Below are positions 18,538 to 27,837 of a stretch of DNA of 64,000 nucleotides, one piece after another. Source of the DNA: Halorussus marinus (GTDB lineage: Archaea; Halobacteriota; Halobacteria; Halobacteriales; Haladaptataceae). Position numbers and translations under genes: made by a program. The stretch covers positions 1 through 64,000 of the forward strand of contig NZ_SBIV01000010.1 of the NCBI RefSeq assembly GCF_004765795.1. Reading direction: 5' to 3'. The notes under the pieces were generated by a model that saw only the letters and a list, made by a program, of their open reading frames with translations, did no database searches and was not told where the DNA came from. Positions within the stretch are counted from its first letter, which is position 1; every line of letters starts with the position of its first letter.

Positions 18538-19920
18538 TCAGCCGCCGCCCACCGCGACCGACAGGTTTCGCTCCGCGACGGTCACGTTCGTCCCGCGCAC
18601 GAACTCGTCGGGGCCGGCGAGCACGACCGTCCACTCCTCGCCCGGCGACCGGACGTCGATCGTCGCGCCGTCGACCGTCCAGGTCCCGTTCGCGGCGGGC
18701 GCGCGCGCGTCGAGCGACGCCGCGAACGCCGCGGCGAACTCGCTGGCGTTCGCCGCGTCGTCCCACCGCAACGCCCACACGTAGCTCGCGTTGCCGGACG
18801 CGCGCCGGAACGTGTACAGCGTATCGTTGCCCCAGCCGGCGGCCCCGCGGACGGCGCGCGACTCGCCGAGCCCGTTTTCGAGCGCGGTCCGGACGAACGC
18901 CTCGCCGAGGGTGTCGGTCCCGACCTGCCGCCAAGCCGACCCGGTGGCGTTCGCGGTCGCGGGGAGCGACCGGGCGGGTTCGGCTCCGGGCGGGTAGCCG
19001 TGGAGCACCTGTTCGCTCGTCCGGGGCGGTCGCTCGTAGACCGCCGCCAGCCGGGCGGGCGAGTCGATCCGGCTCGCGACGTAGCGGTGGCCGGCGATGT
19101 ACTGGCGGTTCGCGTACCGCTGGCGGCTCCCGGGCGCGAGCCGGCGGTCGTACGCGGTGTAGAACTCGGAGTTGAGCCGGTCGCCGTCGGCGTAGCGCCG
19201 GAGGTACGCGTCGGTCGCGAACACCGCCGCGCCCTCTATCACGCTCCGGACCACGAAGCTGGTGTCCGTAGTCGATCGCGGGAGCGCGCGCCGGAGTTCG
19301 GCGCTCCGGCGGTTCTTGAACTGGACGTAGTGGACGTACTCGTGGGCCAACACCCACTCGATCGAGGCGGCGGTGTGGTTCGCCGGCGGGTACAGCCGGA
19401 TGCCGCCGAACAGAGTGGTGATGCCGTTGGGAATCCGGCGGCGCTCCGACCGGGTGAGAGTCGACTCGAACTCGACGCCCGCGAGCTTCCAGAACCGGTA
19501 GAGATGAGGTCGACGGTCGGGGTCGGCAGTCGTGTTGTCCGTCGGAGTCTCGTCGGTCGCGTCGGTAGCCGTCGTCTCGTTGTCGAACCGGTCGACGACG
19601 TGTACGTACTCCGGCGGGGTGACGTTGGTGCCGAGAACGCGCTGGACGCGGGCGAAGACCCGCGTCTGGTTCACCGGTAGCGGCGCGCCCCGGGCCTCGA
19701 TGGTGTCGTCGTCGCTGTCGGCCGTGCGAGTCTCGCCCGTCGTCGTTTCGGCCGGGTCCGACGCCGTCGGCTGTTCGGTGGCGGTGCCCGGCGCCGCCGT
19801 CTCGGAGGGCCGGTCGGCGACGGCACGCTCTTGGTCGCTGACAGCGGTCGGGGCGGTACAGCCGGCGGTCACCAGCAACGCGGCGACGAGTAATGTCGCC
19901 GTCCGGGAAGACGCGGCCAT
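18538..19920 (-). CDS. Lipoprotein with HExxH zinc-metallopeptidase motif (Hvo_1808-like surface protein)
   Basis: Lipobox VTAGC, LAHEYVH...IEG, PPRTSEQVLH, DTLGE, AAGWGND. Confidence 0.85.
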   Translation of the reverse strand: MAASSRTATLLVAALLVTAGCTAPTAVSDQERAVADRPSETAAPGTATEQPTASDPAETTTGETRTADSDDDTIEARGAPLPVNQTRVFARVQRVLGTNVTPPEYVHVVDRFDNETTATDATDETPTDNTTADPDRRPHLYRFWKLAGVEFESTLTRSERRRIPNGITTLFGGIRLYPPANHTAASIEWVLAHEYVHYVQFKNRRSAELRRALPRSTTDTSFVVRSVIEGAAVFATDAYLRRYADGDRLNSEFYTAYDRRLAPGSRQRYANRQYIAGHRYVASRIDSPARLAAVYERPPRTSEQVLHGYPPGAEPARSLPATANATGSAWRQVGTDTLGEAFVRTALENGLGESRAVRGAAGWGNDTLYTFRRASGNASYVWALRWDDAANASEFAAAFAASLDARAPAANGTWTVDGATIDVRSPGEEWTVVLAGPDEFVRGTNVTVAERNLSVAVGGG

Positions 19921-19921
19921 G

Positions 19922-20932
19922 TCAGGCGGTCGTCGTCTGATCGGCGGTCGTGTTTCGGGCGGTCGTCTCCTCGGTCGTCGTGTTCAGTTGGTCGTCGAGC
20001 GAGACGGCCGTCTCGGCCGCCGCCGGGAGTTCGACCGACACGTCGTCGCCGTAGCCCGAAAAGCGGAGCCGGAGTTCCTGGTGGAGGTCCATCTCCTGAC
20101 CGCGGACGGACACGGTGGAGTTGATCGACGTGTCGGACTTGACCGGGAGGTGGGTGTCTTTCGCGATCCAGTACGTGACCGAGACGTTCTCGACCGTGCC
20201 GACCTGCCTGTTGGTCACGTTGGCCGAGAGGTTGGCGTACCGCTCCGGATCGGGGGCGGCCCTCAGGACGTAGGTTTCGGTACCGTCGACCGTCTGTTCG
20301 CCCACCAACTCGGCGCTCGAGATGTTCAGGAGTTCGCGCTGTCGGGTGAGCGTGTCGAGGGCCGACCACCGCTGGGAGAAGTTACCCGAGAGGTTCTGGC
20401 GGACCCACTTCGAGGAGAACGTCCGGGTGAACTGCGGGCTCCGCTGGTAGAGCGTCCGATCCACCACGTAGGTCGAGACGGTGCTCGACCGGCCGGCCAC
20501 TCGGGCGGTCCGGTTGATGCGGAGTTCGCGGTCGAGTCGGTTCACCGCGCCGGTCGAGTTGGTGACCGTCCGGCGCCGGACGTTGTTCGACGAGACGACG
20601 GTGTCGATGTGGGCGCCGATGCGGTACGTCTCGACGTCGGCCATCGCCGAGACGCCGGTCCGCTTGACAGCGGTGGCGTTCGCCGACGACGCGGAGATCG
20701 TGTCGTCGGTCGCGGCGGAGTCGGTCTGCGTCTCGGTAGCCGCGGTCGCGTCGGTCGCGGCGGAGTCGGTCGCGGCGGAGTCGGTCGCGGCGGAGTCGGT
20801 CGTGGTTTCGAGGTCGGTCGTGGTTTCGAGGTCGGTCGTGGTCCCGGGGTCGGTCCCGCCGCCCGAACAGCCCGCCAGAACGACGAGCGCGGCCAACAGG
20901 AAGGCGATGAACGCGTTCCGTGGACGTGACAT
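19922..20932 (-). CDS. Lipoprotein with Thr-rich linker and LolA/LppX-like beta domain
   Basis: Lipobox LAGC, TTTD repeats, VTYWIAKDTHLPVK, FSGYGDDVSVELP. Confidence 0.82.
   Translation of the reverse strand: MSRPRNAFIAFLLAALVVLAGCSGGGTDPGTTTDLETTTDLETTTDSAATDSAATDSAATDATAATETQTDSAATDDTISASSANATAVKRTGVSAMADVETYRIGAHIDTVVSSNNVRRRTVTNSTGAVNRLDRELRINRTARVAGRSSTVSTYVVDRTLYQRSPQFTRTFSSKWVRQNLSGNFSQRWSALDTLTRQRELLNISSAELVGEQTVDGTETYVLRAAPDPERYANLSANVTNRQVGTVENVSVTYWIAKDTHLPVKSDTSINSTVSVRGQEMDLHQELRLRFSGYGDDVSVELPAAAETAVSLDDQLNTTTEETTARNTTADQTTTA
20750..20842. repeat. Coding tandem repeats: 15-bp unit x3 (TDSAA) and 18-bp unit x2 (TTTDLE)
   Basis: GTCGGTCGCGGCGGA x3, then GTCGGTCGTGGTTTCGAG x2; one further 15-bp copy near 20705-20719. 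Confidence 0.9.
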
Positions 20933-21172
20933 TCGGAAAGTGGTCGGTTCCTGACAGCATAAAAGCTCCGATTGCGCAACCGACGCGACGTTCACGCGCC
21001 GGATCGGCGGGAGAGTGACATCCCAAACCGCCGGAGGACGGAACGGGGCATCGATAGCCCGACTCTCGCGGCCGGGGCAGGCGAGCGCCCCGCGTCATCG
21101 GTAGTCGCTACGGCGGGGCGCCGGCGAGGGACAAAAGATAAACCCGCCCGCGCCTTACGGTCGCCGACCAGA

Positions 21173-21859
21173 ATGGAAGAAAGCGTTTCGGGCTTCAAGC
21201 TCCGCGGGAACTGGGGCGACATCGTCGAACACGGGGAGCGCATCACCGAAGCCCTCCGCGAGGCCGACGCCTCCGGCGACGCGTACGAGGAGTGGGACGA
21301 GTGGCGACCCAAGCACCACGAGCGACTCGGCGAGGACGTCTCGGAGAAGACCTCCGAGCAGGCCTCGGTCGCCGAGGGCAAAGGCGAACAGGAAGGAAAG
21401 GCTCCCGACGACGACCTCAAGACCGCGGGCGAGAAGATCAGCGAATCCTACGAGAAACTCGAAGAGGAGAAAACCGACGAGGCCGTCGACAAGTGGCAAG
21501 ACTCGGTCAACTACGTCGCGCGGGCCGCCGACTCCGCGAGCCGAAAGGCGATCCGGAAGGTCGAGGACACCGTCTACCAGAAGGTGATGACCCGGCTCGC
21601 GCCCTACTACTTCGACAACGACCTCATCAGCGCCAACGTCCAGCGGGTCGGCCGCGGCGACGGCGAACCCGAGTTCGTCTTCGAGGTCAACGTCAACGAC
21701 GACGACCTCAAGGAGATGGTCTCCGAGAAGCTCGCGGACTACGAGAGCGAGATCGACCGCTGGCACGTCGACACCGAGAAGCGCACCGACACCGTCGAGG
21801 CCGCCGAGGGCGTCGAGCCTCCGGCCGAGCCCGAGGAGTCGACGCCCAACACGAACTGA
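21173..21859 (+). CDS. Conserved haloarchaeal protein (DUF5828-like)
   Basis: MEESVSGFKLRG.WGDIVEHGERIT...PYYFDNDLISAN; highly acidic. Confidence 0.8.
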   Translation: MEESVSGFKLRGNWGDIVEHGERITEALREADASGDAYEEWDEWRPKHHERLGEDVSEKTSEQASVAEGKGEQEGKAPDDDLKTAGEKISESYEKLEEEKTDEAVDKWQDSVNYVARAADSASRKAIRKVEDTVYQKVMTRLAPYYFDNDLISANVQRVGRGDGEPEFVFEVNVNDDDLKEMVSEKLADYESEIDRWHVDTEKRTDTVEAAEGVEPPAEPEESTPNTN

Positions 21860-21942
21860 CCGCCCGGGCGTGCCAACGGGCTCGCACGGAGAGTTCGGCC
21901 GCAGGCCGGTACACTATTCTATCGCCGGTGATAGGTTGAGAT

Positions 21943-23130
21943 ATGGTCGCGAGCGGCGTCGTCACGTTGGTAATCGCTGGCATCGCTAGCCTGTTCATGG
22001 CGTGGGCCATCGGCGCGGGATCGTCGGGGTCCACCCCGTTCGCGCCGGCGGTCGGCGCGAACGCCATCTCGGTGATGCGGGCGGGGTTTCTGGTCGGACT
22101 GCTCGGGTTCGGGGGTGCGGTCTTGCAGGGCGCAAGCGTCTCGGAGGCGGTCGGGACCGAGCTCATCGGCGGCGTCGAGCTCACCGCGATCGCCGCGACG
22201 ACGGGGCTGCTCGTCGCGGCCGCGCTGGTCGCGTTCGGCGTTTTCACCGGCTATCCGATCGCGACCGCGTTCACCGTCACGGGCGCCATCGTCGGCGTGG
22301 GGCTGGCGATGGGCGGCGAGCCCGCGTGGGCGAAGTACCGCCAGATCTCGGCGCTGTGGATCCTGACCCCGTTCGTCGGGAGCGCGTTCGCCTACACCAC
22401 CGCCAAGCTGCTCCGGTCCGAACGCACCGCCGAGCGGGTCGTGATCCCGCTTCTGGGCGGGTTCGTCGGCCTCATCATCGCCAACATCAAGTTCGCGATT
22501 CTGGGACCGGGCGACGCGAGCCGGTCGATCGCCCAGAGCGCCGCGGCGAGCCTCGACCTCGCGACGGTCGCGGGGCTCGATCTCGGACAGGTCCTCGCCT
22601 CGCTCGCAATCGGCGGGGCCGCCGCCGGGTTGCTCTTCGCGGACGTGAACAGCGACCTCGAAGCCGGACAGCGTCACTTCCTGCTCGCGCTCGGGAGCCT
22701 CGTCGCGTTCTCGGCCGGCGGATCGCAGGTCGGGCTCGCCATCGGACCGCTGGTCCCGCTGTTGGACCCGTTCGAGATCCCGCTGGTCCCGGTGCTGGTC
22801 GGAGGCGGACTCGGCCTGCTCGCGGGTTCGTGGACCGGTGCGCCCCGCATGATCAAGGCCATCGCGCAGGATTACTCGGCGCTCGGGCCCCGGCGCTCGA
22901 TCGCGGCGCTCATCCCCTCGTTCGCGATCGCGCAGGTCGCGGTCTTTTTCGGGATTCCGGTGTCGTTCAACGAGATTATCGTCAGCGCGATCGTCGGGAG
23001 CGGCTACGCCGCGGAGGGCGGCGGCGTGAGCCGCCGGAAGATGGGCTTTACCGTGCTCGCGTGGCTCGGCTCGCTGGTGTTGGCGATAGCGGTCGGCTAC
23101 GGCGCGTTCGCGGCGATACGGATGGTGTGA
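21943..23130 (+). CDS. PiT-family anion/inorganic phosphate transporter
   Basis: FAPAVGANA and FSAGGSQVG repeats, GIPVSFNE; multi-TM. Confidence 0.85.
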   Translation: MVASGVVTLVIAGIASLFMAWAIGAGSSGSTPFAPAVGANAISVMRAGFLVGLLGFGGAVLQGASVSEAVGTELIGGVELTAIAATTGLLVAAALVAFGVFTGYPIATAFTVTGAIVGVGLAMGGEPAWAKYRQISALWILTPFVGSAFAYTTAKLLRSERTAERVVIPLLGGFVGLIIANIKFAILGPGDASRSIAQSAAASLDLATVAGLDLGQVLASLAIGGAAAGLLFADVNSDLEAGQRHFLLALGSLVAFSAGGSQVGLAIGPLVPLLDPFEIPLVPVLVGGGLGLLAGSWTGAPRMIKAIAQDYSALGPRRSIAALIPSFAIAQVAVFFGIPVSFNEIIVSAIVGSGYAAEGGGVSRRKMGFTVLAWLGSLVLAIAVGYGAFAAIRMV

Positions 23131-23160
23131 GAAGACCGATCGCAGTCGGGACGCTCGCGG

Positions 23161-24564
23161 TCACCCCTCGGTTTCGACGCCGTCTTCCAGTTCGGATTCG
23201 GCGTCGCCGTCGACTTCCTCGCGCTCGGCCGGGTCGAGTTTCGTCACGCGGGCCTTCATGATCCGGGTGTTCTCGACCTGATCGACGTGGAGGCGGACCC
23301 CGTCGTAGGTGATGTCTTCGCCCTCCTCGACCAGCCGGCCCGCTCGGTTGAAGATGAACCCCGCGATGGTCTCGAACTCCTCGCCCTCGGGGAGATCGAT
23401 GTCGAGTGCCTCGTTGACCTCGTCGATGTTGAGTTCGCCCTGCACGATGACGGTGTCGTCGTCGACGTACTCGACCGGCTCTTCTTCCTCGCCTTCGAGG
23501 ATGTCGCCGACGATCTCCTCGACCATGTCCTCCATCGTCACCAGCCCCTCCGTGGTGCCGAACTCGTCGATGACGATGACCATCTGCATCCGGTTCTCGC
23601 GCATCTCGGTCAGCAGTTCGTCGACGTTCTTGCTCTCGGGGACGTGGAGCGTGGGCTGGATGACATCTTCGAGCGAGAGGTCGTCGTTCTCTCCGTACGT
23701 GTTCTCCCGGACGAGGTCCCGGATGTGGATGATGCCGATGACGTTGTCGAGGCTCCCCTCGTAGACCGGGACGCGCTCGTGGCCGCTCTGGACCAGCGTC
23801 TCGATGGCCTCGTCGATGCTGGCGGTCTTGGACACCGCGGTCATGTCGAGTCGCGGGGTCATCACCTCCTTGGCGATGGTGTTGTTGAACCGGAAGATGC
23901 GCTGGAGCATCTCGCGCTCGTCCTCTTCGAGGACGCCCTCGCGCTCGCCGGTCTCGATCATGTCCTGAATCTCGTCGCGGGTGACGTACGAACTCTCGAT
24001 TGCCGACCCGCCGCCGGTGACCTGATTGATAACGCGAGTGAGATAATCGAAGAAGACGACCAGCGGGAGCAGGAAGTACTCGGAGTACTTCAGGGGTCTG
24101 GCGATGCGAAGCGACCACGACTCGGTGTTCTCGACCGCGTAGGACTTGGGCGCGCTCTCGCCGAACAGCAAGACGAGCGCGGTGATGCCGAAGGTGGCGA
24201 CCGCGACCGCCTCCCCCTGCGAGAGGTGGAACGCGAGCACCCCGGTCGCGATCGACGACATCGCGATGTTGACGATGTTGTTGCCGACCAGAATGGTGAC
24301 CAGCAGTCGGTGGGGGTCGCTCTTGAGCGCGGCGACGGTGTCGGCGCCCGGCATCCCGTCCTCGACCAGCGCGTCGACCCGGTGTTTCGGGAGCGAGAAC
24401 ATCGCGATTTCCGACGACGAGAAAAACGCCGAGAGCCCGATGAGAACGAGGATAGCGACTGCTCCGAGCCACGTCAGGAGCCCCTCCGTGAGGGTGACCC
24501 CGAGGATCTCGGCGGCGGGGGTCGCCTGCGCGAGCGCGAGTAGGGGTATCTGGGGAGACACCAT
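23161..24564 (-). CDS. CNNM/CorB ('hemolysin') family: DUF21 + CBS pair + CorC domain
   Basis: FFSSSEIA, LFGESAPKS, VMTPR, VIDEFGTTEGLVTMEDMVEEIVG. Confidence 0.93.
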   Translation of the reverse strand: MVSPQIPLLALAQATPAAEILGVTLTEGLLTWLGAVAILVLIGLSAFFSSSEIAMFSLPKHRVDALVEDGMPGADTVAALKSDPHRLLVTILVGNNIVNIAMSSIATGVLAFHLSQGEAVAVATFGITALVLLFGESAPKSYAVENTESWSLRIARPLKYSEYFLLPLVVFFDYLTRVINQVTGGGSAIESSYVTRDEIQDMIETGEREGVLEEDEREMLQRIFRFNNTIAKEVMTPRLDMTAVSKTASIDEAIETLVQSGHERVPVYEGSLDNVIGIIHIRDLVRENTYGENDDLSLEDVIQPTLHVPESKNVDELLTEMRENRMQMVIVIDEFGTTEGLVTMEDMVEEIVGDILEGEEEEPVEYVDDDTVIVQGELNIDEVNEALDIDLPEGEEFETIAGFIFNRAGRLVEEGEDITYDGVRLHVDQVENTRIMKARVTKLDPAEREEVDGDAESELEDGVETEG

Positions 24565-24677
24565 TTAACAGTCCATCTTCACAGTCGGAAGGATTAACTC
24601 TTTATTCTTTTCCCCGGATAGGACTTCGAACTGCCGGGAGCGAAGACCTTACACCCGCTTCGGTCCAATCGTCGTCT

Positions 24678-24947
24678 ATGAGCCACTCGACCGACGATCC
24701 GTCGATCACCCTGTATCGCTTGCAGGCGTGTCCGTACTGCGAGCGCGTCGTCCGCAAACTCGACGAGTACGGTCTCGACTACCGATCGCGGTTCGTCGAG
24801 CCGATGCACAGCGACCGCAACGCGGTCAAGCGCGCCAGCGGCAAGCGGTCGGTCCCCGCCATCGTCGACGAGTCGACCGGCGTCACGATGAGCGAGAGCG
24901 GGAACATCGTCGAGTACCTCGACCGGACCTACGGAGGGGCCGAGTAA
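24678..24947 (+). CDS. Glutaredoxin-like protein
   Basis: CPYC, SVPAIVD, MSES..IVEYL. Confidence 0.9.
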   Translation: MSHSTDDPSITLYRLQACPYCERVVRKLDEYGLDYRSRFVEPMHSDRNAVKRASGKRSVPAIVDESTGVTMSESGNIVEYLDRTYGGAE

Positions 24948-25459
24948 TGGTCGAGTTCGACGTCGTCGACCTCCCCGAGACCGATCACGTCGCCGAGGGC
25001 GACACCGCGCCGGACTTCACTCGACCGCTGGTCACCGACGAGTACTGGGAGGACGCCGCGCTGTCGGACCTCGCCGAGGAGGGGCCGGTACTGCTCGTGT
25101 TCTACCCGATGGACGGCGCCTTTCCCGCGACGTACGTCTGGAACGAACTGCGCGACCGGGCGTGGGAGGACGACTACGACGTGACGGTCGTCGGCCTGTC
25201 GATCTCCGACCCGTACGCCCACAAACAGCTCGTCGAGGAGCGCGGGATGGACTACCGGCTGTTCTCGGACCCCCAGAACGGGGTCGCCGAGTCGTACGGC
25301 GTCGTCCACGACCTCGACGGGATGGCGGGCGTGAGCGAGCCCCGGCCCGCGGCGTTCCTGCTCGACGAGGACCGGACCGTCGAGTACGCGTGGGTCGCCG
25401 AGGAGTGGCCCGACTTCCCCGACTACGACGAGATCGAGGCGGCGCTCGACGCCGCGTAG
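24947..25459 (+). CDS. Redoxin/peroxiredoxin-fold protein lacking cysteine
   Basis: GDTAPDF, VLLVFYP, LFSD, RPAAFLLD; TAATG overlap with the glutaredoxin; no Cys in 170 aa. Confidence 0.85.
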   Translation: MVEFDVVDLPETDHVAEGDTAPDFTRPLVTDEYWEDAALSDLAEEGPVLLVFYPMDGAFPATYVWNELRDRAWEDDYDVTVVGLSISDPYAHKQLVEERGMDYRLFSDPQNGVAESYGVVHDLDGMAGVSEPRPAAFLLDEDRTVEYAWVAEEWPDFPDYDEIEAALDAA

Positions 25460-25507
25460 CGTTCTCGACCGACGCGCCTTTTTCGCCCGGACACGAACCG
25501 TCTCCCG

Positions 25508-26113
25508 ATGAGTCTCGACCCCGAGGACGTCGACCGGGCCGCGACCGCGATCCGGAACGGCGAACTCGTCGTCTACCCGACCGAGACGGTGTACGGGCTC
25601 GGCGCGGACGCGCTCGACGAGTCGGCGATCGAGCGCGTCTTCGAGGCCAAGCGGCGGTCCCGCGACAAGCCGGTGTCGCTTGGGGTGCCCAGCCCGGACG
25701 CCGCGCTGGAGTACGTCCGGGCGACCGACCGCGAGCGCCGGTTCATGCGGGAGTTTCTGCCCGGACCGGTGACCGTGCTCTGCGAGAAGCGCCCGACGGT
25801 CCCCGACGTGCTGACCGCCGGGCGCGACCGGGTCGGCGTCCGAGTGCCCGACCACGAGGACGCGCTGGCGCTCCTCGAAGCGGTCGCCCCCATCACGGCC
25901 ACCAGCGCGAACGTCAGCGGGCGACCGAGCGCGACCCGCGCCGCCGAGCTGGACGACGAGATCCGCGAGGCCGCCGCGGCGGTGCTGGACGGGGGCGAGA
26001 CCGGCGGGACCGGGAGCACCGTCGTGAACGTCGAGACCGACGAGATCCACCGACGCGGACCAAGCGCCGACCGGATCGAGTCGTGGCTGGCGACCGACTC
26101 AGAGGCCGAGTAG
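25508..26113 (+). CDS. L-threonylcarbamoyladenylate synthase (YrdC/TsaC domain only)
   Basis: YPTETVYGLGADA, K.R...KP, PGPVT, TSANVSG. Confidence 0.93.
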   Translation: MSLDPEDVDRAATAIRNGELVVYPTETVYGLGADALDESAIERVFEAKRRSRDKPVSLGVPSPDAALEYVRATDRERRFMREFLPGPVTVLCEKRPTVPDVLTAGRDRVGVRVPDHEDALALLEAVAPITATSANVSGRPSATRAAELDDEIREAAAAVLDGGETGGTGSTVVNVETDEIHRRGPSADRIESWLATDSEAE

Positions 26114-26779
26114 CGACTTCAACGAGCGCGTTTTCACGCCACACTCTGCTCGGTACTCGCAGGGCTCGCACTTGGCGTCGTCGCCGAGCCGGGGCGGCGG
26201 GCCGTCGAGCGCTCGCACGGTCTCGACCGCGCGCCGATAGGCCGCCTTCCGGCGGGTCGTGAGGTCGAGTTCGCGCACGATCCCGTGGCCGGGGTACTCC
26301 GCGAACGCGCGTTCGACCGACCGCTCGCGCTCCCACGACAGCGCCTTCGCCGCCGCGACCATCCGGACCGACTGGGGCTCCCAGACCCCTTGTTCGGGCG
26401 GCGACCCCGCGAAGACCATCGACGGCGCGGGCGCGAGCTCGGACGCGTCGAACTCCAGCACCTTGTGGACGACGCCGCGACACTCCCGCCCGTCGAGCAG
26501 TCGCTCGCGGCCGGTCGGCGCGCGGAGTTCGGGCCACGCCGCCGGGAACCGCTCGCGAGCGCGTTCGAGGTTCCGGCGGAACGCCGCCGGAGTCACCGCG
26601 ATCGGGAGGTCGGCGAGGCTGTCGTCGGACGCCCCGAGTAGCTCCTCGTACCGGAACGCGAGGTTCCGACAGTCGGCCACCTCGTCGGGAACGGACCGTT
26701 CGTCCTCTTTTCGCCGGTAGTAGAGCTTCCGCGGGCAGTAGGCCGCGGTCGCGAGGTCGCTGAAGGCGATGGGTGACAC
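26099..26779 (-). CDS. Solo Cas4-like Fe-S protein with degenerate nuclease motifs
   Basis: N-terminal YCPRKLYY plus C-terminal CEPCEYRAEC; no other cas genes or array in the window. Confidence 0.8.
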   Translation of the reverse strand: MSPIAFSDLATAAYCPRKLYYRRKEDERSVPDEVADCRNLAFRYEELLGASDDSLADLPIAVTPAAFRRNLERARERFPAAWPELRAPTGRERLLDGRECRGVVHKVLEFDASELAPAPSMVFAGSPPEQGVWEPQSVRMVAAAKALSWERERSVERAFAEYPGHGIVRELDLTTRRKAAYRRAVETVRALDGPPPRLGDDAKCEPCEYRAECGVKTRSLKSLLGL

Positions 26780-26949
26780 GCCGCGAGTTGCCCCCGGCTT
26801 CGGATTTAAATGTACGGACGAAAGGAGGAGGAGGAGGAAACGGCAGACAGCGACATTAGCTCACGCCGGATTGCGGACGCTCGGTTCGGGGGACCTCCGT
26901 CCAGCAAACAACACGACAGCGCGCCGAAGGCGCACACACCGACGATTCT

Positions 26950-27127
26950 CCCGCGAGCGAGGAGCCCTCGGCGAGTGCCCGAGCGGACCGAGGGCGCGAG
27001 AGAGGGGGTGAGGACGTGTCGTCGAGAGCGGAGCGACCGACGGCTCGGGAGAACAAGGTTCTCCCGGTGTTTTTGACCGAGCGTTTGCAAGGGCGGCGCG
27101 TTTATGCGCCGCCCGCAGGAAAAGGCC
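26950..27127. repeat. Structured intergenic region with GC-rich hairpins (REP/MITE-like)
   Basis: CGGGAGAAC-AAG-GTTCTCCCG (27046-27066) and GGGCGGCGC-N6-GCGCCGCCC (27091-27114). Confidence 0.5.
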
Positions 27128-27730
27128 CTAGAAGGAAACGTTCGTCTCCATCCCCTCGGTGGCGTCGTCGAGCCCGTCTTTCTGCATCTCTTCGGTCATC
27201 CGGTCCGAGAGCTCCCGGTCCCGGAGGACGTTCTCGAACTCGTCGGTGAACCGGTCGTTGACCGTTCGCATCTCCCGCTTGGTCTCGATGATCCGGCGGT
27301 AGCGCCGGATCGTCGACTCGCTCACGTCGAGCGCGTCGGCGCAGTCGGCGGTCGAGGCCTCCTCGTCGAGGAGTTCGCGGAGTTCGTCGAGGTCGAACGG
27401 GGCGTCGGCGTCGGCGTCCCGGAGGAGGTGGAGGTCGACTCGCGCGCGGGCGACCGTCTTCCCGAGGGAGGCGTCGCCCAGTTCCCGGGCGATCTCGGCG
27501 TCCGAGTCGCCCGCGTAGTAGCCGCGAACGACGGTGACGAGCTCCTCGTCCGAGAGCGTCGTCCCGAAATCGTAGCGCTCGCGCATCTGGGCGACGACGG
27601 CTTCGAGGCGCTCGTGCAGTTCCGTCTCCGAGCTCAGCGAGCCGTGGGTCTCCTCCTGGCGCTCGGTGACGGTAGATTCGTCGGTGACATCCATGAAGAT
27701 GTCCCGGAGTTCTTCGGTTTTCTCGTCCAT
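27128..27730 (-). CDS. HTH-containing protein resembling haloarchaeal 'conditioned medium-induced protein 4'
   Basis: MDEKTEELRDIFMDV..., SDAEIARELG and CADALDVSESTIRRY HTH-like segments. Confidence 0.75.
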   Translation of the reverse strand: MDEKTEELRDIFMDVTDESTVTERQEETHGSLSSETELHERLEAVVAQMRERYDFGTTLSDEELVTVVRGYYAGDSDAEIARELGDASLGKTVARARVDLHLLRDADADAPFDLDELRELLDEEASTADCADALDVSESTIRRYRRIIETKREMRTVNDRFTDEFENVLRDRELSDRMTEEMQKDGLDDATEGMETNVSF

Positions 27731-27793
27731 GCCCTCTGATTTCTGCCGGACGCGTCCTCGGGTTAAAAGCCTGTCGCCGACGGCCGACCGGAT

Positions 27794-27823
27794 CGTCAAC
27801 CGAAGTTTTGATTTCGGTTGACG
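27794..27823. promoter_or_regulatory. BirA-type operator, CGTCAACCGAA-N8-TTCGGTTGACG
   Basis: Perfect 11-bp arms; contains GTCAAC-N16-GTTGAC, matching the BirA GTnAAC-N14/16-GTTnAC consensus; 15 bp upstream of bioY. Confidence 0.8.
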
Positions 27824-27837
27824 GCCCAGCCACGCCC

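Noticed and set aside
24947..25459. Selenocysteine recoding to explain the missing Cys
   Set aside because: The frame has no in-frame TGA; the position is an Ala codon.
26099..27127. CRISPR-Cas locus suggested by the Cas4-like gene
   Set aside because: No direct repeat-spacer array and no cas1/cas2 or effector genes.
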